A DNA stretch of 64,000 nucleotides from Candidatus Latescibacterota bacterium (GTDB lineage Bacteria; Latescibacterota; UBA2968; GCA-2709665), in NCBI GenBank assembly GCA_965219455.1, contig OZ244744.1:3232001-3296000 (forward strand), in the 5' to 3' direction. This document shows, piece after piece, positions 1 through 9,935 of this stretch (the first letter of the stretch is position 1; every line of letters begins with the position of its first letter). The translations under genes and the position numbers were made by a program. Below the pieces are notes generated by a model that was not told the origin of the DNA, did not search any database, and was given only the letters and a program-made list of their open reading frames with translations.

Positions 1-47
1 ACAGCAGTTTTTTGTCAGGTGTTTTACATCGTTTCAGGAGTGTCACC

Positions 48-401
48 ATGGACGCGTTGTTGAGATCCTTAACGGAGGATCAAATCAAGTCCGATGTGCC
101 CGTATTTGGCGCCGGGGACACCGTGCGAGTGCATGTACGGGTGGTTGAAGGCGAGAAAGAGCGCACGCAGTTGTTCGAAGGCGTGGTGATCCAGCGTCGG
201 GGATACGGTATCCACGAGACCTTCACGGTACGAAAGATGGTGGTGGGCGGCGTGGGCGTCGAGCGGATATTTCCGCTCCACTCACCGCGCGTGGCGAAGG
301 TCGAACGGATTCGAAGCGGCAAGGTGCGCCGTACACGTATTAAGTATCTACGGGCGCTGCAGGGCAAAGCCGCAAGGATTGCGGAAAAACGGACCGCTTA
401 G
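48..401 (+). CDS. rplS: 50S ribosomal protein L19
   Basis: [26 protein letters not shown]...[13 protein letters not shown]...GKVRR signature; AGGAG upstream of ATG 48. Confidence 0.97.
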   Translation: MDALLRSLTEDQIKSDVPVFGAGDTVRVHVRVVEGEKERTQLFEGVVIQRRGYGIHETFTVRKMVVGGVGVERIFPLHSPRVAKVERIRSGKVRRTRIKYLRALQGKAARIAEKRTA

Positions 402-423
402 TCGAAGGGAATCGGTTCACCGT

Positions 424-735
424 ATGGCGACGCGCAATCCAGGAAGACGCCCTCGCGGCCGCACCGCGCGCAGGGCGCAGACACAGCGGCGGGAGCCTGC
501 TCGGAATCCACTGCGCTATTCTCGCAGGAACTGGACCTTTCTGGGTGCGGGCTTGGGTACGATCCTGATTGGTTACTTGTGCCTGTCCCAACCGCCGGTT
601 GACGGTTTCCTGTCGCTCACGCTCGCGCCTATTCTGCTGGTGATCGGGTACTGTGTGCTGATCCCACTCGGCCTGCTTCTGGGCGAATCAAGAATACCGA
701 CCGACGAGACGTCCGAAAAGTCCGTGGGCGGTTAG
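424..735 (+). CDS. Small two-TM membrane protein, DUF3098-like
   Basis: RRNWTFLGAGLGTILIGY...SLTLAPILLVIGY pattern; basic N-terminus; stop codon lies inside the tRNA 5' end. Confidence 0.65.
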   Translation: MATRNPGRRPRGRTARRAQTQRREPARNPLRYSRRNWTFLGAGLGTILIGYLCLSQPPVDGFLSLTLAPILLVIGYCVLIPLGLLLGESRIPTDETSEKSVGG

Positions 736-802
736 CTCAGCTGGTTAGAGCGCCTGCCTTACAAGCAGGAGGTCACTGGTTCGAATCCAGTATCGCCCAC
801 CA
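726..802 (+). tRNA. tRNA-Val(TAC)
   Basis: Acceptor GGGCGGT/ATCGCCC, D-arm TAGCTCAGCTGGTTAGAGC, anticodon arm CCTGC-CTTACAA-GCAGG, T-loop GGTTCGAATCC, encoded CCA. Confidence 0.97.
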
Positions 803-894
803 ATTTTCCAGCCCGATCGTCAGGGTACCGCCTCCGGACGATTGGGGCAAAATGATCCTCTCCCCGTGCCCGCCCGGTTTCTCTCCTTCTTGCC

Positions 895-1863
895 CTACCG
901 CTCTGACAACCGTTGGGGATAACAATCGCGGTGCCATATCGCCGTGCGTTCGACCTGGGTGTAAAAGTCGGTCGACGGCTCGAACCCGAGTTCCGCGCGG
1001 GCCCGGGAGATGTCGGCCAGGGTATGAGCGACATCTCCGACGCGGGGCGGACGGCGTTCAAGCGGGAGGTTCCTGCCAGCAACCTGCTCGAGAACCTCCT
1101 TCACCTCGAGCATGGAGTGGGCTTCGCCCTGGCCCACGTTCAGCACGTCTGCCGCGAAGCCGCGTTCCCGGGTTAAAGCTGCGATATTCGCCTGCACGAC
1201 GTTATCGACAAAGCAAAAATCCCGAGTCTGGGTACCGTCCCCTTCAAGGAAGGGTTGGTACGACGGATCCACGAACAGGTGATAGGACCATGCGGACAAC
1301 ACGGTGGAGTAGGCGCCGCCAAAAAGGCCGCCAGGTCCGAATACGTTGAAATATCGAAGGCTTACCACATCCAGCCCGTACAATCGATGAAAGATGTCGC
1401 ACCACTGCTCACCGTGCAGCTTCGCCAGCGCATAGGGCGATTGCGGGTTGGAGGGGTATGCCTCCGGCGTGGGAAGGACCGACGCGTCGCCGCATACCGC
1501 GCTACTGCTGGCGAAGACCAGGCGGGTTCTCCCCATCAACCGGGACTTCAGAATCGCGTTAAGCACGGACAGGGTTCCCATTACGTTTGCCTCCGCGCTG
1601 CGCAGCGGATTCTGCACCGAGTACGGAACACGCGGCTTTGCCGCCAGGTGAAGGACCGCGTCCGGACCCGTGTTTTTGAGCAGTCGTTCGAGCCAATCCG
1701 CATCCACAACGCTGTGGGTGTGGTATTGAACGCCGCCAACGCCGTTGGCGGGCGTTCCGGAAGACAGATCGTCCACTCCAATGACGTCGTGTCCGAGTTC
1801 GGTCAGGCGACGGCATGTATTCTGGCCGATGAAGCCGTTGCTGCCCGTTACAATGAATCTCAT
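895..1863 (-). CDS. NAD-dependent epimerase/dehydratase (extended SDR, nucleotide-sugar)
   Basis: TGSNGFIG Rossmann motif, HLAA, SSS, YALAK (YxxxK), LRYFNVFGP. Confidence 0.92.
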   Translation of the reverse strand: MRFIVTGSNGFIGQNTCRRLTELGHDVIGVDDLSSGTPANGVGGVQYHTHSVVDADWLERLLKNTGPDAVLHLAAKPRVPYSVQNPLRSAEANVMGTLSVLNAILKSRLMGRTRLVFASSSAVCGDASVLPTPEAYPSNPQSPYALAKLHGEQWCDIFHRLYGLDVVSLRYFNVFGPGGLFGGAYSTVLSAWSYHLFVDPSYQPFLEGDGTQTRDFCFVDNVVQANIAALTRERGFAADVLNVGQGEAHSMLEVKEVLEQVAGRNLPLERRPPRVGDVAHTLADISRARAELGFEPSTDFYTQVERTAIWHRDCYPQRLSER

Positions 1864-2187
1864 AGTGCGATTCCCCGATTTCTGCATACAATGAAATGAC
1901 TCATTGATCCACCCTTCTCAACGGCCTTCTGACGTTATCTCCCAGCCGGCTTCAAACATGGACCGAGCCCCCGCGAATCTCATAAGGTCGATCTTATTCC
2001 GCAGAGAAGACAATATACCAATATGGCACATTTTGGCAATGGATGTCGGTCCGGAATCGCCCCATAATCCTTTTGGAACGGATCCAATGGATTCAACCGA
2101 TCTGCGCAATTGACAGCTTGAATGGGAAGCGGAAGGGTTTCCGTAGCAACGCGAAGCGGAGCGGAAGCTCGCCTGTCATCACACCCT

Positions 2188-2943
2188 ATGTCCGGTCAAT
2201 TCTCGGCAACTTTCGAAAAACTCTGGGTCGGTTTCCGCGCCCGCTGGTGCGACAGCCACGACCTGGGCGGGGCCCTGGCATTCAGCCACAAGTACGTCAA
2301 GGTCTCCCTGCTGCACCGCGTCGTACAGATAGACGTGTCCGACACTGGAGTGGACACGATGATCGACCGCGCCCTCGGCTATTTCAGGGCCAGGGACTTC
2401 GACTGCGCGTTTACCCTATCGCCCATGGACCGACCCGCTGATCTGCCGGGCAGGTTGAAACGACGTGGTTTCACGTTGGCTTTACAGGCAGTGGCGATGG
2501 CATGCGACCGGGCCGCACAACCCGTCGCACCCGGATCCGTTGAGATTGAAGAACCGGATCCCGGCCGGTACGGGATCTGGGCAAACACCATGTGTCGCAG
2601 CTTCGACTTTCCCGATGACGTGGGCGCCCTGGGCCGGAAGGTCCTCGACATTCCCGAAGTACGGCTCTATCTCGCAAACGTGGAAGGCGAGGCGGCGGGA
2701 ACCGCATTGCTGTACTCCAGATACGGCATGGGCTGCGTGGACTTCGTCGGCACCCTGCCGCAACACCGCCGCAAAGGCGTGGCCTCTTCATTGACCGCGC
2801 GCGCAGTTGCGGACTCGCAGGCGATGGGCAATCGCTGGACCGTGCTTGAAGTCGCGGCTGACAGTGCAGCCGAAAGGGTCTACAAAAGGATCGGGTTCCG
2901 CCCGATGCACAACCGCCCGCGTTATGTCCGGAGCACAGCTTAA
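2188..2943 (+). CDS. GNAT family N-acetyltransferase
   Basis: C-terminal VGTLPQHRRKGVAS and VYKRIGF motifs; start uncertain (ORF open from 2122). Confidence 0.8.
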   Translation: MSGQFSATFEKLWVGFRARWCDSHDLGGALAFSHKYVKVSLLHRVVQIDVSDTGVDTMIDRALGYFRARDFDCAFTLSPMDRPADLPGRLKRRGFTLALQAVAMACDRAAQPVAPGSVEIEEPDPGRYGIWANTMCRSFDFPDDVGALGRKVLDIPEVRLYLANVEGEAAGTALLYSRYGMGCVDFVGTLPQHRRKGVASSLTARAVADSQAMGNRWTVLEVAADSAAERVYKRIGFRPMHNRPRYVRSTA

Positions 2944-3008
2944 TGTCCCGTCCCAGAAATGTGTCACCATTCGTCCGGCGGTTCAACCCGTCTCGCTGCG
3001 TTGCTTGC

Positions 3009-3083
3009 GCTGAGCTTGTCGAAGTGCCCTCGCTGGCCGACCTTGCGCAGGTCGAAGGCGCTCGTTTCTGAGCCTGTCGAAGG
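3009..3083. repeat. Cluster of short CTGAGCYTGTCGAAG REP-like repeats
   Basis: GCTGAGCTTGTCGAAG 3009-3024, degenerate CCTTGCGCAGGTCGAAGG 3041-3058, CTGAGCCTGTCGAAGG 3068-3083, all intergenic. Confidence 0.55.
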
Positions 3084-3284
3084 ATGCGAGCCGGGCGACT
3101 CGACGGCCGAATTCAGGCAATCTATTTCTGGGACGAGACACTAGGCGACTCCGACCCTGAGCCTTCCGATCCCCGGAACGGATTCCGTGCCGAAGTCAAG
3201 CCGTGGTTCCCACCTTCAGCCCACGGTTTCTGAAACTTCTTCCAAGCGTCGGCTCGCTTCTGCCGTTGCACAGGAGGCAATTGA

Positions 3285-4613
3285 GTGATTCTGCAGACGT
3301 TCGCCAGTTTTTTTGACTTTCTCTGGATGTCCTTCATGCTGTTGGCGCCCATGCTGTTGCTGGGGTTGTTCCTCTCCGGTCTGATCCATGTGTTCATCTC
3401 GCGGGAGGCCATTCTCCGCTGGCTCAAGGACGACAGTCTGAAATCCGTGGCCGTGAGTTCGGCCGTCGGCGTGCCCGTACCTTTGTGCAGTTGTTCGGTT
3501 GTACCTGTGGTTGCCGAGATGCGGAGGAAGGGTGCGTCCCGTTCGTCCTGCATGTCTTTCCTGATCACTGCGCCGGAGACTGGGGCGGACTCAATCCTGG
3601 TTACAAACGCCTTCTTCGGATTTGTCGCCGCGGTCGTCCGTCCGGTTATCAGCTTCGTCACGGCAGTCGTCGCCGGGATCTTTTGTATCGGCCTTATACG
3701 AAACGGCCACGATGAAGGCGGGTCGGGCCATAGCGAACATGACGACCGCCATGACCACTGTTGCGATCATCACCACGACCACGATCACGGTTCGCACGAG
3801 CCGCTCATTCCCGAACATGACGACTGTTACGTCAGCTTTTCGCGGCTGAAAGGCCTTTTCGTGCAATGGCTGAAGGGCGTCGCTTCGGCGGCCGGCCGCT
3901 GGAAGTCCCTCGCCTGGGTGACGCCGGCCTTCTATCGCGACGAACTGCAGGCGTCCGAGGCCGGAAAGGCTACTTCGAGCGACAAGTCCTCCGACGATCA
4001 CTCGCTCGACTTCAAAAAGCTGGTGAAGCACGTCTTTCGCTACGGTTTCGTGGAGATTGCGGACGACATTCTCTTCGCGCTGCTGGTTGGTGTCGCCCTG
4101 GGCGGGGTGCTCTTCCTGGTGATTCCGAGCGATCTGATGTCGAACGAATACGCCCGCTGGGTCTCCTATCCCGTAATGGTGCTGATCGGCGTTCCTCTCT
4201 ATATCTGCGCATCCGCGAGTACGCCGATCGCCGCGGCCCTCGTCGCCAAGGGATTCAGCCCCGGGGCGGCGCTGATTTTTCTCATGACCGGGCCGGCTAC
4301 CAATTCCGGTACGATCGCAATCATCGTCAGCCAGTTCGGCGGGCGTTTCGCGTCCATTTATGTCTCGACTGTCATCGCCGTTACGGTTGCACTCGGCATT
4401 ATTGTCGACGCGCTGCTTCTGGCCACGGGCATAATGGTTCCCGTAAACCTTGGCGGGTCTCATTCGCCGGCCATACAGTTCCTGCAATGGGCGGGCGCGG
4501 TAATTCTCGTCGTTTTAATCGTCTGGCGTTTCCGGGCGGGCGCGCTCCGCAGCGGTTGGGAGGACTTGGTTCTGAATATCCGACCGCTCTCCGGACTGTG
4601 GCGAAAGGTATAG
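3285..4613 (+). CDS. SO_0444/DUF318 (ArsP-like) heavy-metal permease with His-rich loop
   Basis: GVPVPLCSCSVVP and GVPLYICASASTPIAAALVAKG motifs; HDHCCDHHHDHDH loop; AGGAGG upstream of GTG. Confidence 0.88.
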   Translation: MILQTFASFFDFLWMSFMLLAPMLLLGLFLSGLIHVFISREAILRWLKDDSLKSVAVSSAVGVPVPLCSCSVVPVVAEMRRKGASRSSCMSFLITAPETGADSILVTNAFFGFVAAVVRPVISFVTAVVAGIFCIGLIRNGHDEGGSGHSEHDDRHDHCCDHHHDHDHGSHEPLIPEHDDCYVSFSRLKGLFVQWLKGVASAAGRWKSLAWVTPAFYRDELQASEAGKATSSDKSSDDHSLDFKKLVKHVFRYGFVEIADDILFALLVGVALGGVLFLVIPSDLMSNEYARWVSYPVMVLIGVPLYICASASTPIAAALVAKGFSPGAALIFLMTGPATNSGTIAIIVSQFGGRFASIYVSTVIAVTVALGIIVDALLLATGIMVPVNLGGSHSPAIQFLQWAGAVILVVLIVWRFRAGALRSGWEDLVLNIRPLSGLWRKV

Positions 4614-5255
4614 GGCCGCCTGACCCGTAGTCGTTTCATTGTGGGCATCATTTCTCCGGCCGCGCCGATGGGCCTGATGCTCCGGGCATTGCTGCTCGGC
4701 CTTTTCCTGGGCAGCGGTTTCACAACCGTACCACCCAATTCGATCGGCTACGGTCGCCTTTTCGGCGAGGTTTACTGGCGGGACCTGCAGCCGGGCCTGC
4801 ACTATCTCGCCCCCCGGCCCTTCGTAAAGGTCGACAAGTGGCCGGTACGGGAGGTGAAGTCCATCCTGATCGTGGGCGCCTATGCCGCCAATGCTGAAAT
4901 CATCAATCTGGCGCATTCCCTGGGCGACAGATACATAATGGCCAATCTGTCGTTCGTCCTGTCCTACGAGTTGAAGAAGAGGATCGACGCGCCGAACGAC
5001 AGGATTCTGGTCTCCGAGGTGATGCCCAATGCCAACGACACCAGCATGCAGGTGGTACGGAACTTCCATCGCGCCCTCGCGGCCGGGGAGGATCGGCAGC
5101 AGGCGGCATTGATTGCAAAAGGGGGCAACCCGGGGCACGGATCGAGGGTTGCCCCCGAAAAGTTCCAGAGGACTAACGCCTTCTGCGGCGGCCCTGCCAT
5201 TTCACGAACACAGGTCCGAATTTGTATTCCGCCGAAAGTTCGTCACTATTGCTGA
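4614..5255 (+). pseudogene. SPFH/HflK-like N-terminal fragment, in frame with the permease, fused to a periplasmic-binding-protein fragment
   Basis: GFTTVPPNSIGYGRLFG...LQPGLHYLAPRPF (SPFH-like start), then ILIVGAY...ANLSFV...VSEVMPNANDTSMQVVRNFHRAL (type 1 PBP-like); both incomplete. Confidence 0.55.
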
Positions 5256-5329
5256 ATCTGTTCCGGGGCCGTGCGCAGGCGCCGGAAAGGGCAGGACGGC
5301 TTCTCAAGCCAACTTGAGGTCAGTTCATC

Positions 5330-6190
5330 GTGGATTCAGACACTCTGCTCATCGTTGCGGGATACTCAGTCGGCATCTTTGCCGTTTCCTTAGTTGGCGG
5401 GAAACTGGCGGTTCTGGGATCCATGACCCACACGAGGATTCAGATTCTGATGAGTCTTGTGGCCGGCTTTATCCTCGGCATCGCCATGTTTCATCTCTTC
5501 CCTCACAGCCTCGAACGCATCACCGGCTCCGAGGTTGTCGAAAGAGCCGTGGCGTGGGTGGTGGCCGGGATGGTCCTGATGATCTTCCTGCTGCGTATTT
5601 TCCATTTTCATCAGCACGACTTCAGTACGGAAGCCGGCGGTCTCTACGATCATCACGACCACGGCGATTCCGGCGTACATTCGCGCAGCCTGATAGGGGT
5701 CGCCATGGGCCTGGGGGTGCATACGGTAACCGAAGGCGTCGCCCTGGGCACCAGCATGCAGGTGAGTTCGACGAATGAAGACGGAGGGGCGTTGCCCGCA
5801 CTCGGGGTATTCCTCGCCATCCTGCTTCACAAGCCGCTGGATGCGTATTCCATCATAGGAATGATGAAGTTCGCAGGTCATGGCGCGCGCGCGCGCGCGA
5901 CGGCCAACGTCGGGTTTGCCTTGCTGTGCCCTCTGGTCGCTCTTGCCAGTTTCTGGGGCGTGGGGTTGTTCGGCCTGGACGACGGTTCGGTGGTCGGCTA
6001 TGTGCTGGCTTTTGCCGCCGGCGCGTTTCTGTGCATCGCTCTGAGCGATCTGCTGCCTGAGATCCATTTCCATAGCCACGACCGCGGCAAGCTCATCGCA
6101 TCCCTTCTCGTGGGAATCGGTCTTGCCTACACCCTCTACTTCGTTGAATCGGCCGCCGTTCATGGAACGGAAGCGCTGCACGGGCATTGA
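5330..6190 (+). CDS. ZIP family metal transporter
   Basis: HLFPH, His-rich loop, HTVTEGVALG, ILLHKPLD, SDLLPEIHFH motifs; multiple TM segments. Confidence 0.92.
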   Translation: MDSDTLLIVAGYSVGIFAVSLVGGKLAVLGSMTHTRIQILMSLVAGFILGIAMFHLFPHSLERITGSEVVERAVAWVVAGMVLMIFLLRIFHFHQHDFSTEAGGLYDHHDHGDSGVHSRSLIGVAMGLGVHTVTEGVALGTSMQVSSTNEDGGALPALGVFLAILLHKPLDAYSIIGMMKFAGHGARARATANVGFALLCPLVALASFWGVGLFGLDDGSVVGYVLAFAAGAFLCIALSDLLPEIHFHSHDRGKLIASLLVGIGLAYTLYFVESAAVHGTEALHGH

Positions 6191-6215
6191 ATCCCGCCGT
6201 TCTCTTTCTCTGTAT

Positions 6216-7238
6216 CTACATTTCGGATCGATTCAGCTCAACCGGGCACTCCGTCCGGGCGGACGCCACGATTGCCAGCGCGACCTCCGTGGCGTGCCGG
6301 ATCTCGTCGGGCGTCCCGAGCGTGGGCTGTTCTCCGTTCGAGACACAGCGCGCAAAGTACCGCAGTTCGTTCGCCATCGCGCCTGCGGCCTGCCCGGCCA
6401 CCTCGATGTTGAGGTAGTAGTCCTGGCTGCAAGTACCTTCGGGAGTCCACGACCAGAAAGCATCGTGCGGATCGCGCATTTGGACGGACCCTTCCGTGCC
6501 GATGACTTCGAGGCAATTGTCGTGAAGCCAGGAGGCCGGCGCCCCCTTCGGGATGTGCCAGATCTGCTCAATCACACCCACGGCTCCTGACCTGAACTCC
6601 AACGTCGCCCACCAGGTGTCGATCGTGTCCCATTCATTGTGGCTGCGTCCGACCGCGCTGACTCTTTCCACACGCGACCCCGCCAGCCACAGCAGCATAT
6701 CCACCGTGTGAATGCCCGGCTCGATAATGAGGGGCCATAGCTGAAAACGGGGCATGCTTAAAAAATGGCGGCCGCAATTGCGGCGCCCGTACAGCGACAC
6801 GACATCGCCCAGTTCCCCCGACGCAATCTGCTCGCGCATCGCCGCCCGCCTCGGATCGTACCGCTCGATGTATCCCACCATCACGATACGCCCGTTTTCT
6901 TCGGCCAACTGAAGCACGGACTCGACCTCATCCATCCGCGCGCTCAGCGGCTTCTCCACCAGCACGTCCTTTCCCGCGTTGAGCGCGAGCCGCGCCGCCT
7001 CCGCGTGCCTGCCCACTTCGTTCACGACGTCTACCGCCTCAATCTCAGGATCCGCCGCGAAGGATTGTAGATCGGTATACCAGCGGCTGACGCCATACGT
7101 CTGGGCGATCTGCTTCGCGCGTTCCTCGGAACGCGAACAGACGGAAACCAACTCAAACTCCGGAATCCGGCTTATCGCCCGGACGTGCACCTCCCCAAAT
7201 TTCCCGAGGCCTGCGACGCCGATGCGCACTCGTCTCAT
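6216..7238 (-). CDS. Gfo/Idh/MocA family oxidoreductase
   Basis: GVAGLGKFG, VLVEKPLS, GIHTVD. Confidence 0.92.
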   Translation of the reverse strand: MRRVRIGVAGLGKFGEVHVRAISRIPEFELVSVCSRSEERAKQIAQTYGVSRWYTDLQSFAADPEIEAVDVVNEVGRHAEAARLALNAGKDVLVEKPLSARMDEVESVLQLAEENGRIVMVGYIERYDPRRAAMREQIASGELGDVVSLYGRRNCGRHFLSMPRFQLWPLIIEPGIHTVDMLLWLAGSRVERVSAVGRSHNEWDTIDTWWATLEFRSGAVGVIEQIWHIPKGAPASWLHDNCLEVIGTEGSVQMRDPHDAFWSWTPEGTCSQDYYLNIEVAGQAAGAMANELRYFARCVSNGEQPTLGTPDEIRHATEVALAIVASARTECPVELNRSEM

Positions 7239-7319
7239 ACAGATGTTGACTCCATTTGAACCGGGCCGCGTCTTGCGACAAGGCGAAGCGGTCCAATGTC
7301 CCCGTCCACGATCCTCTTC

Positions 7320-8450
7320 TTACCCGAGCGCCTTCAGACCCGCGTGGATCTTTTCCGCATATTCCTCGGTCTTCCCGGGCGTATAGACGTCCATCGGCAT
7401 CACGACCATGCGGGGCACCGCGCGGTCGGCCACGGGCGTCACCCCTTTTCCATAGCGCGCTTCGCCCTTGTAATGGGGGCACCGGATGGGGCACCCGCTG
7501 CCGTAGGCCAGGACCTCGGTGAAAATCGGATCTTCGGCCGCGGAGCGTCTCTTGTACCCGATCGAGACCCGACATCCGTGTTCGGTCATGGTCTCCTGAA
7601 AGCGTTCCACAGAGATCCCCTCGCGGTCTCCTTCGAACCGGAACGCGACGCCGTGATAGGCATGCACGCACCCTTCCGCGACGCGTTGCGGCACGAGCCA
7701 CGGCGTCTCCTTCCCGGCGTCGCAGTAGAGCGCCCCTGCCCTGTGGTGCGCCGCGATAATCCCTTCGGCCCTTTCCATCTGCGCCAGCATCACCCCCGCC
7801 TGCAATTCCGTCATGCGATAATTCCAGCCCAGGGTTGTCTTAAGGATCCTCATCTCCAGCATTTTCTCGAACACTTCAGCCCGATCGGTCACCGCCATTC
7901 CGCCGTCGCCGCTGGTGAGGTGCTTGGCCTCCTGGAAGCTGTAGGATCCGATCGCCCCGAGTGTTCCCAGCGGCCGGCCTTTGTACGAACCCCCGACACC
8001 ATGCGCCACGTCTTCAATCACGGGCAGCCCGTACCTGTCCGCCACCCGGAGAATCCCGTCGTAATCCGGTGGGTTTCCCCACATCGGCGTGCAGATGATC
8101 GCCCCCGTGTATTCCGTGATACACGCCTCCAGCGAATCGGGATCCATATTCCAGCTATCCTCATCGATATCGCAGAATACCGGTACCCCATTGTGATACA
8201 TCACGGCGGCGCCGCCGAAGTGGACCACCGGGTCGCAGACCACCTCAACGCCCGGCCCAACGCCCACGGCCGCCACGGACGCGTGCAGCACGCTCATTGC
8301 GCTGTTCATCGCCACGGCGTATTCGGCCCCGACCCACTTTGCGTACCGCTCCTCCAATTGCGACGTGAATTTTCCTGTCTTGCTATTCAGCGTCCCGCTG
8401 GCGATGACCTTCGCAAGGTAGTCCATCTCAAGCTGTCCGAACCGCTCCAT
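7320..8450 (-). CDS. DegT/DnrJ/EryC1/StrS PLP-dependent aminotransferase
   Basis: IEDVAHG, SFQEAKHLTSGDGG, GWNYRMTELQA; GGAGG before ATG 8450. Confidence 0.92.
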   Translation of the reverse strand: MERFGQLEMDYLAKVIASGTLNSKTGKFTSQLEERYAKWVGAEYAVAMNSAMSVLHASVAAVGVGPGVEVVCDPVVHFGGAAVMYHNGVPVFCDIDEDSWNMDPDSLEACITEYTGAIICTPMWGNPPDYDGILRVADRYGLPVIEDVAHGVGGSYKGRPLGTLGAIGSYSFQEAKHLTSGDGGMAVTDRAEVFEKMLEMRILKTTLGWNYRMTELQAGVMLAQMERAEGIIAAHHRAGALYCDAGKETPWLVPQRVAEGCVHAYHGVAFRFEGDREGISVERFQETMTEHGCRVSIGYKRRSAAEDPIFTEVLAYGSGCPIRCPHYKGEARYGKGVTPVADRAVPRMVVMPMDVYTPGKTEEYAEKIHAGLKALG

Positions 8451-8523
8451 GCCAACCTCCTTAGTTTCCATTCGCGCGGTGCGTTCATAAGTGTAACAGG
8501 GCGTATCGGCCGCGCATTTCAAG

Positions 8524-9813
8524 TCAATCACTTACCAGATGCCACGGAAACTTCGTTGTTCGATAAACCCGGCGACCCCAGTCCAGATCTTCAGGGAACA
8601 AAAAGCATTTGCCGGCGCGGGGATCGATCCGTCCGCCCATGGATACATGGTCCCGTATTGCCCGCTGAAGCGACGTGTCCATGGGCGCATCGCCCAGGTC
8701 AGTTGACGCATTTCCGAACACCGTCTGTAAAATCGACCGTTCCGAAATGCCGCCCGGCAGCAGGTAGAACTCCTGCAGGAAACGCACCAGATTCGACCCG
8801 GACGACAGCCAATCTTCCAACTGGGTGTCCAGCAACCAGGAACCACAGAAGAACGCCTTGAAGGGGCGTTCGGGAAAATGGCGAGGGAAGAAGTCCATTG
8901 CGGCCCGGAAGGAATCCCCGCACGCGGCGTGGTCCAGCGGGATTCCGCCCGGAATATGGAAATAGAGGACGGGGTCCCCTGGGCCGAGGACAGGAACCCA
9001 GTCGGCTGCGGCAAGCGCTACCGTCTCTTCAACGGCACGGCCCGTCGGGAGGATGGGGTGCCCGGCGATCTTCTCCTTTGTGACCTGGAGCCGGGAGGTC
9101 CACGCGGGCTGCGTATCTCCGCCCCTGTGTCGTTGACCGTCCGCGCGATAGGAAACGCCGTCCTCGCTCAGCGCGATGACCATTGACGAGTCCCTGTGGC
9201 GATAGACGCGAAACGGGTCGTTCATCACGTTAAACTGATGTTCAAGCCGGCCCAGGGCGTAGATCTCCCCACGGAGGAAATTGGCCAGCCAGCGGGCCGC
9301 GTGTCCATCCAGGCCCCATCGGCCGAAAATAGCGCTACAGGTTACGCCCCTCAGGTAGATCTGCTCCATGCTATCGCGCAGGACCCGTTCCGGAAGCCCG
9401 TGCGCTCGGTGTACCGCTCGCATTTTGGGAAACCACGACAGCAGCACCAGCAGGTAGAACAGGCCTGCCGTTTCCCCGGGCGAGCCCGTCATACACGGCC
9501 AATTATCCGCGAAGCGGCTGGAATAACCCTCGACTCGATAGAGGCACCAGTGGCAGTGCCAGGCCAACGCGCGCATCGCGGGGCTCTCTGCAACCCGGGC
9601 CGCCGTGTCAACGGCAGCCTGAACGATTTCTTCCGGCAGATAGATGCCCCTGCAGGCCTCGCTCACGAAATCGTGCGAGAGAAAACGGATCTCCCCTTCC
9701 GGCATCGCGCTCTGTGAGACCTCCCACTCCGACTCAAGGGCCGCCCGGCTTTTCTCGATTCCCAGGTCCAGGACCACACGGTTCAGATCCATGTCTGCCT
9801 TTCCTGTACTCAT
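8524..9813 (-). CDS. Acyltransferase-domain protein (N-acyltransferase N domain plus GNAT-like C domain)
   Basis: LGRLEHQ, HIPGG.PLD, FFCGSWLLD.QL, SNLVRF, TSLQRA motifs. Confidence 0.7.
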   Translation of the reverse strand: MSTGKADMDLNRVVLDLGIEKSRAALESEWEVSQSAMPEGEIRFLSHDFVSEACRGIYLPEEIVQAAVDTAARVAESPAMRALAWHCHWCLYRVEGYSSRFADNWPCMTGSPGETAGLFYLLVLLSWFPKMRAVHRAHGLPERVLRDSMEQIYLRGVTCSAIFGRWGLDGHAARWLANFLRGEIYALGRLEHQFNVMNDPFRVYRHRDSSMVIALSEDGVSYRADGQRHRGGDTQPAWTSRLQVTKEKIAGHPILPTGRAVEETVALAAADWVPVLGPGDPVLYFHIPGGIPLDHAACGDSFRAAMDFFPRHFPERPFKAFFCGSWLLDTQLEDWLSSGSNLVRFLQEFYLLPGGISERSILQTVFGNASTDLGDAPMDTSLQRAIRDHVSMGGRIDPRAGKCFLFPEDLDWGRRVYRTTKFPWHLVSD

Positions 9814-9935
9814 TCAGCACAATCGGATATCTGGGGCGTGGCGTGGCTGCCTGTGGCGCCCCGGTCGTGGCCGTTGCAATTGGACCGCGCGCCATGGCCC
9901 CTGTGCCAAGACGCGATTTCAAGTTCGGCCATTTC

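Noticed and set aside
770-900. tRNA-Val as an island attachment site
   Set aside because: No adjacent integrase, and no duplicate of the tRNA 3' end noticed in the window.
4611-4613. Pyrrolysine or recoded amber codon
   Set aside because: Other genes (e.g. rplS) use TAG as a normal stop, no pyl genes are present, and the downstream part is itself damaged.
5883-5899. (GC)8 dinucleotide run as a phase-variation tract
   Set aside because: In frame, encodes GARARA in a GC-rich gene; no evidence of slippage.
7296-8861. Long + strand ORFs (also 14686-16578, 42081-43367, 59605-60867)
   Set aside because: Antisense shadows of well-supported minus-strand genes, typical of high-GC DNA; no motifs.
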